64,000 nt of DNA, taken from NCBI GenBank assembly GCA_963695545.1, contig OY968796.1:3488001-3552000 (forward strand), in the 5' to 3' direction. Positions 10,840 through 22,039 of this stretch are shown here, in pieces. Numbering within the stretch: the stretch's first letter is position 1; the number at the start of each line of letters is the position of its first letter. The notes beneath the pieces were generated by a model, which saw nothing but the letters and a program-made list of their open reading frames with translations, did no database searches and was not told the origin of the DNA. The DNA is from Terriglobia bacterium (GTDB lineage Bacteria > Acidobacteriota > Terriglobia > Acidiferrales > UBA7541). The position numbers and the translations under genes were made by a program.

Positions 10840-12144
10840 ATGCCCCTATCAGAAGAAGCCGCCGAAAGTATTGCATCGAGTGTGCCCCGCAGGCGCTGGG
10901 GAATCGCGTGGCTATTGGGATTCGGCATCATGGTCAATTATTTTGACCGCGCGAATCTCTCGGTTTCTCAGGGCGCGCTGCATTCGGCTTTCGGTATTTC
11001 CACTTCAACGTTCGGGATTTTATCGGGCGCGTATGTCTGGACGTACATGGTATTGCAGATGCCTTCGGGCCTGTTGCTCGACCGGTTCGGCGTGAAGCTG
11101 ATCGGGCGCATCAGCACATTTCTTTGGAGTGTGGCGTCGTTCGCGGCGGCGCTGGCGACAGGAATCGGCGGATTTTTTGGCGCGCGCCTGCTGCTTGGGG
11201 TGGGCGAGGCCCCGACCTTCCCCGGAAACTCGAAGGCGGTTGGCTACTGGTTCCCCAAGGCGGAGCGAACTTTCGGCACAGCGATTTTCGATGGCGCCGC
11301 AAAATTTGGCGCGGCGCTCGGCGCGCCGTTGCTTGGCCTGATCCTCGAGCACTTCGGCTGGCGCTGGTGTTTTGCGGCGACCGGAATTATCAGCGTGGTT
11401 TTCTTCGCGATGTTCGCCATTTATTACAAGAATCCGAGCGAGGACGCAAAACTCACGCCTGCCGAGCGCGAATTCATCGCGCGCGGCGGCGCGCAACCCG
11501 AAGATAAAGTGCGCGCGGCGCAGGGCGCGCCGCTGGGCTATTTGCTGAGGCGCAAAAAGGTCTGGGGAATGTCGCTGGGCTACGCTTCTTACAACTACAG
11601 TTTCTATCTTTTATTTTTCTGGCTGCCGACTTACATCAACACGGCACTGCATCTATCGAGGATACGCTCGGACATCTACACGGGTATTCCGTGGCTACTG
11701 GCGGGGTTCACGGAGATCGCGGTGGGCGGCTACCTGGTGGAAATATTGATCAAGCGCGGGTGGAACGCGGATCTCGTGCGCAGGGCGATTCTGATTGGCG
11801 GCACGGGGTTGGGTCTCGCGCTGCTCGGCGTGGGACAAACAGTGCGGCCGGTGGTGGCGCTTTTCTGGATCAGCATCGCGATTTGCGGATTGTCCGCGGC
11901 GTCGCCGATCGGCTGGTCGTTGCCATCGCTGCTGGCGCCGCGCGAAAGCGTGGGGACGCTGGGCGGGATTCTGAACACAGGGAATCAAATATCGGCAATT
12001 TTGGCGGCCACGCTGACGGGATTCATTCTCAGAACGCACACATTCGCATTTGCGTTCGGCGTCGCGGCCATTTACTTGGCAGTCGGAATCGCGGGGTATA
12101 TGTTTCTTCTCGGACGCATCGATCCGCTGCCCGAACCTAGCTAG
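10840..12144 (+). CDS. MFS transporter (anion:cation symporter, sugar-acid type)
   Basis: NYFDRANLS, GLLLDRFG, RLLLGVGEAPTFP, WFPKAER; about 12 TM helices. Confidence 0.9.
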   Translation: MPLSEEAAESIASSVPRRRWGIAWLLGFGIMVNYFDRANLSVSQGALHSAFGISTSTFGILSGAYVWTYMVLQMPSGLLLDRFGVKLIGRISTFLWSVASFAAALATGIGGFFGARLLLGVGEAPTFPGNSKAVGYWFPKAERTFGTAIFDGAAKFGAALGAPLLGLILEHFGWRWCFAATGIISVVFFAMFAIYYKNPSEDAKLTPAEREFIARGGAQPEDKVRAAQGAPLGYLLRRKKVWGMSLGYASYNYSFYLLFFWLPTYINTALHLSRIRSDIYTGIPWLLAGFTEIAVGGYLVEILIKRGWNADLVRRAILIGGTGLGLALLGVGQTVRPVVALFWISIAICGLSAASPIGWSLPSLLAPRESVGTLGGILNTGNQISAILAATLTGFILRTHTFAFAFGVAAIYLAVGIAGYMFLLGRIDPLPEPS

Positions 12145-12224
12145 GGCTCGGGCGATTCGATAGGGATGAACACAGCTCGCTCCGCGAGGACGGTCAGGCA
12201 ACGCGCTCCGCGCGGGCCGGCGCT

Positions 12225-13346
12225 TCACTTCCCTGCTGCGTAGTGCTTGGTCGCTTTGGTGCGCGCGTTGTAGACGTCGAAGCTACCGTCAGGCCAGGCC
12301 GTAACCTTAATATAAAAGCCCGTGTCTTCGCCGTGGATGTTGGCGATAAATTCGTCGGCGACGTTGTGCGTGGCGCCACCTTCCTCGGAATGATGAAGCT
12401 GCCAGAGATTTTCGAGGCGCGGAGATTTCTCGATCGTGTCGTAAGTGGGCGGAGAGCCGCCCTTCTTGGCGCCGTTGTCCATGACGGCGACGAGTGGGGC
12501 GACGGCGTCGAGCAGCGCGGGGCTGCTGCTCTGAAACAAACCGTGGTGCGAGACGACGAGAATGTTGAACGTGCCCAGCTTATTCACGGGGCAGACAAGC
12601 GGGCGCTCTTTGTCCCACGTTAAATCGCCGAGATCCAATATGCGCAGTTTCCCGAAAGTCCAAACCGTGCCGACGGAGCGCAAGTTTTCGGTTTGATCCG
12701 TGGGGCGGATCTCGGTGGTCGCGCAGGAAGGATTCGGCGCGCCGGCTCCTGGCGCTCCCGCCAAGGGCGCGGCGATTTCCGCGCCGTCGGCGGTGACGAT
12801 CTCGACCTTGACGCCGACGAGCGGCACAATCATTCCGGGAGTGGCGAGTATGTGCTTGAAACTCCCCGTATGCAGGAGCGCTTGATAGGCGAGATAGCCT
12901 CGCTCGGTCGCGGCGTCGTCGGTCTGGCGATTCGGGCCGTGATCGATGAAGGTGCCGATCGGAATTCTTGCGGCGAGCTGCGGGACGCCGCCGACGTGGT
13001 CCTCGTGATAGTGCGTGAGCAGGAGGTAATCGATCTTCGAGATTCCGGCGTCCATGGCCGCGGCCACAATGCGATCGGCATCGCGGCCGGCGTTATCGGG
13101 CCAGCCTGTGTCGATCAGCAACGATTGGCCCGAGGGAGTCACGAACAGCGTGGACTGGCCGCCTTCGACGTCGATGAAATAAATTTGCAGCGCGTTCTTG
13201 GCGGCGGGAGCCGTGGCGCCGGGCGGCGGAGCGGCCCAGGCAAGCGGCGCGATCATCGCAACTACGAGCGCAGCGGCGGCGCGAGTGAAAACCTGGAGCG
13301 TGGGCACAAATCCGAAGCGATATTTCAGAGCGGACGCGTTTCTCAT
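12225..13346 (-). CDS. Secreted MBL-fold metallo-hydrolase (ComEC/Rec2-like)
   Basis: IYFIDVEGGQ, LIDTG, THYHEDHVGG and SHHG motifs; signal peptide. Confidence 0.85.
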   Translation of the reverse strand: MRNASALKYRFGFVPTLQVFTRAAAALVVAMIAPLAWAAPPPGATAPAAKNALQIYFIDVEGGQSTLFVTPSGQSLLIDTGWPDNAGRDADRIVAAAMDAGISKIDYLLLTHYHEDHVGGVPQLAARIPIGTFIDHGPNRQTDDAATERGYLAYQALLHTGSFKHILATPGMIVPLVGVKVEIVTADGAEIAAPLAGAPGAGAPNPSCATTEIRPTDQTENLRSVGTVWTFGKLRILDLGDLTWDKERPLVCPVNKLGTFNILVVSHHGLFQSSSPALLDAVAPLVAVMDNGAKKGGSPPTYDTIEKSPRLENLWQLHHSEEGGATHNVADEFIANIHGEDTGFYIKVTAWPDGSFDVYNARTKATKHYAAGK

Positions 13347-14212
13347 TTCGTCGATTCTCCTCTATTTTGGGCGCTTTTCGATTTTGGCGATTCCTTGGAG
13401 GCGGATGATGGCAGGGCGCGCACGGCACCGACGGAGATCCCGCCGTCCACGAGCAATGTTTGACCAGTGATGTAGCGGCTGGATTCCGCGGCGAGAAAAA
13501 CTACGGCGGCGTCGAGATCGTGCGGCTGGCCGGGACGCTTCAGCGGAATGCGATCGGAAAGATATTCGACCCACTCGCGATCTTCGTAAAGCGCGCTGTT
13601 TTGTTCGGTGCGAAACCATCCGGGCGCGAGGCAATTTACAGTGACGCCATGTTTGCCCCAATCGTCGGCCAGACTCATGGTGAGTTGGCGAATTCCGCCG
13701 CGGCTCGCGCCGTACGGAGCGAGGCCGGCGTAGCCTGCGACGCTGGTGACCGAGCCGATGTTGATGATGCGGCCGTAGTGGCGGGCGATCATGCCGCGCG
13801 CCACGGCTTGCGCGACAAAAAAACTTCCGCGCAGATTCGTGTCGAGGATCAAGTTCCAATCGTCCCAGGTCACGTCGAGCGCGGGCTTGCGCACGTTGCA
13901 GCCGGCGTTGTTCACAAGGATGTCGAGATGGCCGAAGGCGCGCTCGGCGTCGGCGACCATGCGCGTGATGCTGGCTAGATCGCGCACGTCGAGCTCGAGC
14001 GAAACGGCGCGGCGGCCGAGAGATTTAATTTCGGCTTCAAACGGCGCAAGGCTCGCGAGGCGGCGGCTGGTGAGCACGAGATCCGCGCCGGCTTTGGCGA
14101 GAGAGCGCGCGAGGGCCTGTCCGAGGCCGCGGCTTGTGCCGGTGACGATCGCGGTGCGGCCGGAGAGATCGAACAAAGCGTCGCCTGCGCCCTCGCTTGC
14201 GGCGGCGCTCAC
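13343..14212 (-). CDS. SDR oxidoreductase (gluconate 5-dehydrogenase-like)
   Basis: TGTSRGLG, NNAG, YGASR (YxxxR instead of YxxxK), VNCLAPG; GTGA overlap with the upstream gene. Confidence 0.88.
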   Translation of the reverse strand: MSAAASEGAGDALFDLSGRTAIVTGTSRGLGQALARSLAKAGADLVLTSRRLASLAPFEAEIKSLGRRAVSLELDVRDLASITRMVADAERAFGHLDILVNNAGCNVRKPALDVTWDDWNLILDTNLRGSFFVAQAVARGMIARHYGRIINIGSVTSVAGYAGLAPYGASRGGIRQLTMSLADDWGKHGVTVNCLAPGWFRTEQNSALYEDREWVEYLSDRIPLKRPGQPHDLDAAVVFLAAESSRYITGQTLLVDGGISVGAVRALPSSASKESPKSKSAQNRGESTK

Positions 14213-15255
14213 GACGTCGCTCCTGGCGCGAGCACGACCTTCAGCAAATTGGGTTCGTGGGCGTATAAGCGCTCGAACCACGCGGGGCCATCTTCAAGCG
14301 GTGCGACGGCCGAAATCAACGCTTTGACATTTACGGCTCCGCTGGCGATCAATTCCATCGCGCGCGGATATTCGCCAGAGGAAGCGCAGGAACCCTGGAT
14401 GCGGAGTTGTCCGGTGATCACTTTTTGCAGAGGGAAAGTTATTTCGGGCGCGATGTTGCCGACGAGCGTGACCGCGCCGCCCTTGCGCACGCATTGGATC
14501 GCGGCGTTGACGGTCTCGCTTCTGCCCACGGCTTCGATCGCGATGTCCACTCCGATTCCGCCGGAGCGGCGGATGAGTTCTTCTACGAATTTGGCCGGCT
14601 CCGAAACCAACAGCGTTTCCGTGGCGCCCAAGCTCTGCGCAAGGCGGAGGCGCGAAGCGTCGACGTCCGCGACGTAAATTCGGCCCGCTCCTTCGGCGCG
14701 CAGCACCTGAAGAATCAGGAGGCCAATCATGCCCGCGCCGACCACCAGCGCCGATGCATCCGGTTCGACGGGCGTGAGCGAGACGGCGTGAACCGCGACA
14801 GAAACAGCTTCGAGCATGGCCGCTTCTTCAAATGAGAGGCCTTCGGGCATGCGATAGACGATGCGCTCCGGCACGACGATGTATTCGGCGAACGCGCCGG
14901 CGCGGCGATAGTCTCCGCAAGACACGCCGAGCACTTCGCGGCGATCGCAGAGGTTGATTTCTCCGCGCAGGCAATAGGGGCACGCGCCGCAGTGCACTGT
15001 GGAATCGAAAGTGACTCTGTCACCGACAGCGAATTTCGTCGCGCCCGCGCCCAGCGCCGCAACTGTGCCCGAGGCTTCGTGACCCATCACGATGGGCGGA
15101 ATGCGGCGGCCCGAGGCGCCGTCGTAACCGTGGACGTCACTTCCGCAAATACCGCAGGCCGCGACGCGAAGCAGGAGTTCGCCCGGCCGGACGGCGGGAA
15201 CGGGGATGTCGGTGATCTCGAGGTGCCGGTATTTTGAAAGTAGGAGGGCTTTCAT
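14209..15255 (-). CDS. Zinc-dependent polyol/sugar-acid dehydrogenase (MDR family)
   Basis: CGICGSD, GHEASG, CGACPYC...C structural zinc site, GAGMIG. Confidence 0.92.
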   Translation of the reverse strand: MKALLLSKYRHLEITDIPVPAVRPGELLLRVAACGICGSDVHGYDGASGRRIPPIVMGHEASGTVAALGAGATKFAVGDRVTFDSTVHCGACPYCLRGEINLCDRREVLGVSCGDYRRAGAFAEYIVVPERIVYRMPEGLSFEEAAMLEAVSVAVHAVSLTPVEPDASALVVGAGMIGLLILQVLRAEGAGRIYVADVDASRLRLAQSLGATETLLVSEPAKFVEELIRRSGGIGVDIAIEAVGRSETVNAAIQCVRKGGAVTLVGNIAPEITFPLQKVITGQLRIQGSCASSGEYPRAMELIASGAVNVKALISAVAPLEDGPAWFERLYAHEPNLLKVVLAPGATS

Positions 15256-15584
15256 ACGCGCGTCAAGTGTTCAGGCCCGAAACGATCCGGGGAGTCAAGC
15301 GGATGGTACTGTACCCTACATCACAGGGTTCAGGGAAGATGGCTGGGAACGGTGTCAAACGGGACGGGGCGTCAATTTAGTGGAACTTTGGGCTACCCTG
15401 CGCCGAAGACCATAAGAGAACAGAGAGAGGCCGGGCAAAGCAACAAGGCGGCGGCCTGCGACGTCCAAGAAAAGGGTTATTTAACGCCGGGCCGCTGTAG
15501 TATAAAGCGATTAAACCGAACCGGCGGAAGCGAGACGAATTCCTGGATCGTTCGCGGTCGAGAAGCAGTCCCAAAACGCTTGGC

Positions 15585-16265
15585 ATGGGACCAAAAATCG
15601 TAGGTCTGTCCGATGACGCGCTCGTTGAGCTGCTTCGCCGCGGCGATGAGGAGGCGTTTTCACTGTTGTACCGGCAGCATCAGGCACGGTTGTATCGATT
15701 CGCGTATCAGATGAGCGCTAGCCACTCCATCGCCGAGGAAACCATCCAGGAGACGTTCCTGACGCTGATCCGGCAGCCCGAGCGTTTCGATCCGGCGCGC
15801 GGCAGTGTTTCGGCATTTTTGTTCGGGATCGCGCGCAATCATGTGCTTCGAGCGCTCGAACGCGATCGCCGCTTCGAGCCCCTCGAAGTGGACCCGCCCT
15901 CGAACGGCACGAATGGCAAATCGCCCGCCCACGATCTTGCGCCCGAGGGTGAAGACACATCAGGCACTCTTTCTCAGTTGGAGCGGCGCGAACGGATTGA
16001 AGGTGTTCGCCGCGCGGTGCTTTCGCTTCCAACGGCATATCGCGAAGTCGTGGTGTTGTGCGATCTCGAGCAGCGCAGTTACGCGGACGCCGCGGTACGT
16101 CTCGATTGCCCAGTGGGAACCGTGCGCTCGCGATTGAACCGCGCGCGCGGCTTGCTGCTGGCGAAGCTCGGGACATCGCACGATGCCGGCGACGACGCCG
16201 GCGACATTGCGGCCGGAGATCAGGCGGGGAGATGGCGGCGGTTGGGGGCAGGGGGGCGCATATGA
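15585..16265 (+). CDS. ECF RNA polymerase sigma factor
   Basis: Region 2 (AEETIQETFL, FLFGIARN) and region 4 (YREVVVL, GTVRSRLNRAR). Confidence 0.93.
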   Translation: MGPKIVGLSDDALVELLRRGDEEAFSLLYRQHQARLYRFAYQMSASHSIAEETIQETFLTLIRQPERFDPARGSVSAFLFGIARNHVLRALERDRRFEPLEVDPPSNGTNGKSPAHDLAPEGEDTSGTLSQLERRERIEGVRRAVLSLPTAYREVVVLCDLEQRSYADAAVRLDCPVGTVRSRLNRARGLLLAKLGTSHDAGDDAGDIAAGDQAGRWRRLGAGGRI

Positions 16266-16999
16266 ATTGCACGGAGTTTAGCGATGTGGTCCACGAACTC
16301 TTGCGGCCGGAACAGCCGGCGAACGAATCGGTGAGGCGCGGCCTGGAGCACGCGCTGCTGTGCGACGATTGCGCCGCAGTGCTAGCCGAGGAACGCGATC
16401 TGAACGATCAGCTCGACGATCTCGCCGACGCCGATCGCGACGTGGCGGCGCCCGCGCACCTGGAACGCAATCTTTTGGCCGCTTTGCGCGCGGAACACCC
16501 CGCGCAGCCCGTGGTTTCGCCGATTTGGCGATGGGTCGCGGCGCTGGGACTCGCAACCGCCGCTGTTTTGGTTGGCGCGGTTTTGCTCAGCCATCGTCCG
16601 ACGGACGGACCGGCCGGCCCCGCGGCGCAGCCTGCGACGCCGCGCGGAGGGTCGTCTTCGATGCCGCTCGAGGCGGCTCGCGTGAAAGCGTCCGCTATCA
16701 ACGCGTCTTCGGATGCGACGGATCAGGCTGCGGTCGATGCAACTTCGTCCGCGTCCGCAGCGCAGCGAACGGATCAGTTCTACCGAATACCGTACGCGAT
16801 CGACGGCGATTCGGCCGACGGCGCGTCCGTGATGCGCGTGGAATTGCCGGCCTCGGCTCTGCAATCGCTGGGCATCGCGACTTCAACCGACGCGGACGCG
16901 GATGCGGCGGATGATGACGGCAGCCAAATGGTGTCGGCCGACGTGGTGGTGGCCGAAGATGGAACGCTCGAGGCGATTCGATTGTCGCCGCAACAGTAG
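16262..16999 (+). CDS. Zinc-binding (ZAS) membrane anti-sigma factor
   Basis: ATGA overlap with the sigma gene; HALLCDDC matches HxxxCxxC; one TM helix. Confidence 0.85.
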   Translation: MNCTEFSDVVHELLRPEQPANESVRRGLEHALLCDDCAAVLAEERDLNDQLDDLADADRDVAAPAHLERNLLAALRAEHPAQPVVSPIWRWVAALGLATAAVLVGAVLLSHRPTDGPAGPAAQPATPRGGSSSMPLEAARVKASAINASSDATDQAAVDATSSASAAQRTDQFYRIPYAIDGDSADGASVMRVELPASALQSLGIATSTDADADAADDDGSQMVSADVVVAEDGTLEAIRLSPQQ

Positions 17000-17101
17000 C
17001 GAGAGCGGCACACATCTTTCTCGCGATGCCGATCTGAGGCGGTCTGCACGCGAACGAAGCAAGCTCGATGAACGAAAGACTCACGACGGAGGACGAAGCA
17101 G

Positions 17102-18157
17102 ATGGCTACGAGAAGTTTTGACAAAATGTACTCACGACTGGCAGCCGGCGCTTGTGCATTGGCGCTGATCGCGTTTGGAGTCTCGGGCCACAGCCAGGCG
17201 CCCGCCACGGCGCCGGCGGATCCACCGCCGATGCATGGCAACATGGCCCACTTTGTCGGCTTTGAAGGCAACGTCGGCGGAAGGACAGTGACCGGCGCGC
17301 CGTATTCGGCGGACGTGACCACGGAATTCACGCGCACGCTGAGCGACGGCACCGTGATCGACCGCAAGACGACCAGCATGTTCGCTCGCGATGGCATGGG
17401 CCGCACGCGGCGCGAAATAACCATGTCAGCGATCGGGCCGTTCGCGACGTCGGGCGCGCCACGCACGATCATTTCGATCGACGATCCGGTAGCGCACAAG
17501 CGCTACGTGCTCAATCCCGCGGATAAGACCGCGCGGGAACTGGGCGGCGGTCCGCGCATGGGCGGCTTCGGCGGCGGACGCGATGGTGGACACTCCGGCG
17601 GGCAAGATAGCGATGGCGGACGCGGCGGAATGGGCGGTGGTCACGACGGCGGCCACGACGGAATGAGCGGCGGCGGTCGCGGCGGAATGCACGGCGGCGA
17701 CGGCGGAACCACGGTGTCGCTCGGCACGAAAACCATCGAGGGCGTAACCGTAGAAGGCACGCGCACCACCCAGACGATTCCGGCCGGCGCAATGGGCAAT
17801 CAACAGCCGATCATGATCACCTTCGAGCGCTGGTATTCACCTGACCTGCTGACCAACGTGATGACGGTGCGCTCCAATCCATTTGAGGGCAAGACGACGT
17901 TTATGCTCACGAATCTAAAACGCGGCGAGCCGGATGCTTCGCTCTTCACGGTGCCGTCCGATTACAAAATGGCGGCGATGGGCGCGCCGGGCCACGGTCA
18001 CATGGGTGGCGGACCCGGCGGTCCTGATGGCAAAGGAAACTGGTCGGGCCATCACATGCACGGCGGTCCTGGCGCCGGCGGCAATTCCGGGGGCGGTCCG
18101 AATCCAAACCCAGCTCCGATGCCGCCCGCAGCTCCTGGCCAAGGGCAGGACGACTAA
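17102..18157 (+). CDS. Secreted hypothetical protein with Gly/His/Met-rich inserts
   Basis: GGAGG RBS; signal peptide; GAPYSA...RDGMGRTRRE...WYSPDL...EPDASLF domain. Confidence 0.85.
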   Translation: MATRSFDKMYSRLAAGACALALIAFGVSGHSQAPATAPADPPPMHGNMAHFVGFEGNVGGRTVTGAPYSADVTTEFTRTLSDGTVIDRKTTSMFARDGMGRTRREITMSAIGPFATSGAPRTIISIDDPVAHKRYVLNPADKTARELGGGPRMGGFGGGRDGGHSGGQDSDGGRGGMGGGHDGGHDGMSGGGRGGMHGGDGGTTVSLGTKTIEGVTVEGTRTTQTIPAGAMGNQQPIMITFERWYSPDLLTNVMTVRSNPFEGKTTFMLTNLKRGEPDASLFTVPSDYKMAAMGAPGHGHMGGGPGGPDGKGNWSGHHMHGGPGAGGNSGGGPNPNPAPMPPAAPGQGQDD

Positions 18158-18168
18158 CGACACCCAGC

Positions 18169-18208
18169 CGTCGCGAGGGGCGCCGGTCTCCGGACGTCCC
18201 TCGCGGCG
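18169..18208 (+). terminator. GC-rich hairpin after the ECF operon
   Basis: CGTCGCGAGGGG...TCCCTCGCGGCG stem; no clear U-tract. Confidence 0.35.
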
Positions 18209-18344
18209 CAAGCGAAGTTGCAGAAGTCGCGGTGGATTTTTGATCTCTCCGTTGGTCCGGCAAGGCGCGGGCGGGGCCGCACCCAATCCCTCCCCTCGGT
18301 ATCGTCCGCGCCACTTCTTCATAGTAAACTCGCCGCGGTGAACC

Positions 18345-18899
18345 ATGACTGCGAAGAAAACCGATTCGGCGCCGAGCAAGGGACCGGCGATTGACGCCGC
18401 GGCTCGCATTGGACACGTGCACCTCAGGGTTGCGGACCTTGAACGCGCGCTCGCGTTCTATCGCGGCGTGCTCGGGTTTGAAGTGACGCAACGAATCGGC
18501 GACGGCATGGTGTTTGTTTCCGCGGGCGGGTATCACCATCACATCGCGCTCAATACACTGGAGAGCCTCGGCGGTTCGCCTCCAGCGCCGGGCACCACGG
18601 GTCTATATCACGCTGCGATCATGTACGCGACACGCGCGTCGTTGGCCGACGCACTGCGCCGCGTGCGCGCCGCGGGAATCCCGCTCGAAGGCGCGGCGGA
18701 CCACGGCGTGAGCGAGGCGATTTATCTTCGCGACCCGGACGGCAACGGGGTGGAACTCTCGTGGGATCGGCCGAAGAATCTTTGGCCGCGTGACGCTAAG
18801 GGCAATTTGGCCATCGACACTCGGCCGCTGGACTTGGATGACCTATTGCGGGAAGCGCCGCCTAAGACGCGCAAGCGATCGGCGGCGCGAACACATTGA
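18345..18899 (+). CDS. VOC/glyoxalase family protein (CatE-like)
   Basis: IGHVHLRV, GGYHHHIALN, GLYHAA and DHGVSEAIYLRDPDGNGVE. Confidence 0.9.
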   Translation: MTAKKTDSAPSKGPAIDAAARIGHVHLRVADLERALAFYRGVLGFEVTQRIGDGMVFVSAGGYHHHIALNTLESLGGSPPAPGTTGLYHAAIMYATRASLADALRRVRAAGIPLEGAADHGVSEAIYLRDPDGNGVELSWDRPKNLWPRDAKGNLAIDTRPLDLDDLLREAPPKTRKRSAARTH

Positions 18900-18942
18900 G
18901 CTGCGATTCGATCGATAAGTGAAAGATTGCAGGAACAGAAGC

Positions 18943-18970
18943 CGCCAGGCGCCCAATCGCGTGCCTGGCG
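18943..18970. terminator. Hairpin between convergent genes
   Basis: CGCCAGGCGC-N8-GTGCCTGGCG. Confidence 0.5.
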
Positions 18971-18998
18971 TCTTCCGGTTTAGAATTGCCTTAGCGCA

Positions 18999-19673
18999 TC
19001 ACTCGCCGAAGAAAACCTTTAACCTGTCCGCCGTCATCCTAAAGGCTTCGGCGTCGTCTTTGGGATTGTAGTGCGCCCCATCTTTCACGAAATCGTGATC
19101 CGCGTCCGGAAAGACTTTCAGGTCGAACGGTTTGCCGGCCGCATCTGCCGCCGCCTTGAGAGCCACGTCCTTATCAGCCGTGCAGCAATCATTCCGGAAG
19201 TGGTCCCTGCCGCCGGCGAATACGAGCAGCGGCACCGATAATCTGCTGGCGAAGCCGGGCAGATCGGAAATGAAAGCGTTCGCGGGATACCAAACTACCG
19301 CGCCCAACACCTGATCGGGCCACTGCGTGCCGTAATAGAGATCCATGCCGCCGCCAAGCGAAAATCCGACCAACGCGACTTTGCCGGGCAGTGCGTGCGG
19401 CATTTGCTGCGCTTGCGCGATTGCCGCTCTCACGCCGTCACCGTGCGTGCCTTCCCACGTGTTGCCGTCGAAGAGCACCACGTCGTAACCGAGCTCGGAA
19501 ATTTCACGCGCCACGGTCGTGTAATGCTCCGGGCCCGACATGCCGGAACCCACCACGACAAGGCGCCCTTTGCCCTGTGGCGGCGGAAATTCCTGTTGCG
19601 CCTGCGCGACCGAGGCCGCGGTGAGACACGCGAGCGCTCCAATAATTGCAATGATTCGGGAAAGCATGGTCAT
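18999..19673 (-). CDS. Secreted dienelactone-hydrolase-family alpha/beta hydrolase
   Basis: AAGGAGG RBS; signal peptide; GFSLGG nucleophile elbow; GGRD and ADHDF. Confidence 0.85.
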   Translation of the reverse strand: MTMLSRIIAIIGALACLTAASVAQAQQEFPPPQGKGRLVVVGSGMSGPEHYTTVAREISELGYDVVLFDGNTWEGTHGDGVRAAIAQAQQMPHALPGKVALVGFSLGGGMDLYYGTQWPDQVLGAVVWYPANAFISDLPGFASRLSVPLLVFAGGRDHFRNDCCTADKDVALKAAADAAGKPFDLKVFPDADHDFVKDGAHYNPKDDAEAFRMTADRLKVFFGE

Positions 19674-19832
19674 CGAGAAAAGCCTCCTTTCGTTCCGTGG
19701 GGAACGTGGTTTTATAGCACGATGTCCAGCGCGTGTCACCGCTGGAAATCGCACGGTCGGACGACGCTCACCGCAGCGCAATTCGCTACAATGGGTGCGG
19801 ATGCAATCGCGGGGCGGAAGAAAAGCTGCGAA

Positions 19833-21542
19833 ATGACCACGAATAAAAAACCGGCCGCAACCGAAACGGCGCAGACGTCCGCGCGTGGCACGGTTTCGGT
19901 CCGCGAGGACCAGTGGCGGAAGACCGTGCTCGCGCCGGCTCTCGCGCAATCGCCGGAACGCTCGCGATCATTCACCACCGTGTCGGGATATCCGATCGAG
20001 CGGCTCTACACGCCCGCCGATTTGGCGGGATGGGATGCTGCGCGCGATCTCGGAGTGCCGGGCGCTCCGCCTTACACGCGCGGCATTCATCCCGAAATGT
20101 ATCGCGCGCGGCTGTGGACCATGCGCCAGTTCGCCGGGTTTGGCAGCGCCGCGGACACGAATCGTAGGTTCCGCTATCTTCTCGCGCAGGGACAGACCGG
20201 ACTCTCCGTCGCGTTCGACTTGCCGACGCTGATGGGCTATGACTCCGACGATCCGCTGGCCGCAGGAGAAGTCGGCAAGTGCGGCGTGGCGATCAGTTCG
20301 CTAGCTGACATGGAGGCGCTGTTCGACGAGATTCCGCTTGCCCGCGTGACGACTTCGATGACCATTAATTCCCCGGCGGCGGTGATCTGGGCGATGTACC
20401 TGGCGGTCGCGGAGCGCCAGGGAGCGGATTGGAAGACGCTCTCCGGCACATTGCAGAACGACATCCTGAAAGAATATATCGCACAAAAAGAATATATCTA
20501 TCCGCCGGAGCCTTCGCTGCGGCTGGTGGTTGATACGTTCGAGTTCGGCGCGCAGCACACGCCGCGCTTCAACGCGATTTCGATCAGCGGGTATCACATC
20601 CGCGAAGCAGGCTCGACGGCCATTCAGGAATTGGCGTTCACATTGCGCGATGGCATCGAGTACGTCGAGCGCGGGTTGCGGCGCGGGCTCAAGGTCGACG
20701 AATTCGCGCCGCGGCTATCTTTTTTCTTCAACGCGCAGAGCGATTTTTTCGAGGAGATCGCGAAATATCGCGTCGCGCGGCGATTGTGGGATTCCATCAT
20801 GCGCGAGCGATTCGGAGCGCGCGACGCGCGCTCGTGCGCGCTACGCTTCCACGCGCAGACCGCCGGTTGCTCGCTCACGGCGCAGCAGCCGTACAACAAC
20901 GTGGTGCGCACGGCGTTGCAAGCGCTGGCCGGTGTGCTCGGCGGCGCGCAATCGTTGCATACGAATTCGCTCGACGAAGCGTGGTCGTTGCCGACCGAAT
21001 TCGCTGTCACACTGGCGCTGCGCACGCAACAGATCATCGCGCATGAAACGGGAGTGACCCGTACGGCGGATCCGCTTGGCGGAGCGTATTTTCTGGAAAC
21101 GCTGACGAATCAAATCGAAGCTGGCGCGCGCGATTACATTCGCAAGATCGACGGTATGGGCGGTATGGTCGCCGCGATCGAGCGCGGCTATCCGCAGCGG
21201 GAAATCGGTGAAGCGTCGTATCGCTACCAACTCGCCGTCGATCGCAAGGAGAAAATCGTCGTCGGCGTGAATGACTTTGTGAGCGGCGAAAAACCCATCG
21301 AGATTTTACAGATTGACGATTCGGTGGGCGCTCAGCAAGCCGAGCGCCTGCGCGTGTTGCGCGCCGAACGCTCGAATGACGAGGTCGCGCGGCGATTGTC
21401 CGCGCTGCGCGCCGCGGCGCAGGGCGAAGAGAATCTGATGCCGCGCATCTTCGACGCCGTGAAGGCCTACTCCACGGTCGGCGAAATTTGCGGCGCGCTG
21501 CGCGAGGTCTTCGGCAGCTACCAGGAAACCGCCATCACTTGA
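19833..21542 (+). CDS. B12-dependent acyl-CoA mutase large subunit (isobutyryl-CoA mutase type)
   Basis: [54 protein letters not shown]. Confidence 0.93.
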   Translation: MTTNKKPAATETAQTSARGTVSVREDQWRKTVLAPALAQSPERSRSFTTVSGYPIERLYTPADLAGWDAARDLGVPGAPPYTRGIHPEMYRARLWTMRQFAGFGSAADTNRRFRYLLAQGQTGLSVAFDLPTLMGYDSDDPLAAGEVGKCGVAISSLADMEALFDEIPLARVTTSMTINSPAAVIWAMYLAVAERQGADWKTLSGTLQNDILKEYIAQKEYIYPPEPSLRLVVDTFEFGAQHTPRFNAISISGYHIREAGSTAIQELAFTLRDGIEYVERGLRRGLKVDEFAPRLSFFFNAQSDFFEEIAKYRVARRLWDSIMRERFGARDARSCALRFHAQTAGCSLTAQQPYNNVVRTALQALAGVLGGAQSLHTNSLDEAWSLPTEFAVTLALRTQQIIAHETGVTRTADPLGGAYFLETLTNQIEAGARDYIRKIDGMGGMVAAIERGYPQREIGEASYRYQLAVDRKEKIVVGVNDFVSGEKPIEILQIDDSVGAQQAERLRVLRAERSNDEVARRLSALRAAAQGEENLMPRIFDAVKAYSTVGEICGALREVFGSYQETAIT

Positions 21543-22036
21543 TGCTAGAATCCGAAGCGCCGCAGGCCGCGCCGCTGCACATGCCGCCCATCACGCCAAA
21601 TTCCGCGCCTGATTTGACGCCGAACATCGCGCTCAAGAAGATCCGCGTCTTGATTGCCAAACCTGGACTTGATGGCCACGACCGCGGCGCGAAAATCATC
21701 GCGCGCGCGCTGCGCGACGCCGGCATGGAAGTTATTTACACGGGCTTGCGCCAAACGCCGGAAATGATCGCGTCTGCCGCCGAGCAAGAGGACGTGGACG
21801 TTATCGGGCTTTCGATTCTCTCCGGCGCGCACAACACGCTGTGTCCGCGACTGCTCGAGTTGTTGCGCGAAAAGCAGATGAGCGACGTTTTGGTGCTCGT
21901 CGGAGGCATCATTCCCGAAGCGGACATTCCGGCGCTCAAAAAAGCGGGCATCGCCGAGGTTTTTCTGCCGGGCGCGTCGACGCAAGACATTGTGAAATTC
22001 GTCCAGCAGCACGCCGCCACGCGGGCGCGGTATTGA
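21542..22036 (+). CDS. Acyl-CoA mutase cobalamin-binding small subunit
   Basis: [12 protein letters not shown] (DxHxxG), [20 protein letters not shown] overlap with the large subunit. Confidence 0.93.
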   Translation: MLESEAPQAAPLHMPPITPNSAPDLTPNIALKKIRVLIAKPGLDGHDRGAKIIARALRDAGMEVIYTGLRQTPEMIASAAEQEDVDVIGLSILSGAHNTLCPRLLELLREKQMSDVLVLVGGIIPEADIPALKKAGIAEVFLPGASTQDIVKFVQQHAATRARY

Positions 22037-22039
22037 AAT

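Noticed and set aside
15340..15420. ECF autoregulatory promoter (GGAAC motifs)
   Set aside because: -35-like GGAAC(TT) is present but no convincing -10 element at the expected spacing
19680..19832. Cobalamin riboswitch upstream of the B12 mutase
   Set aside because: No recognisable B12-box or conserved core; only a short hairpin in a 160-bp divergent gap
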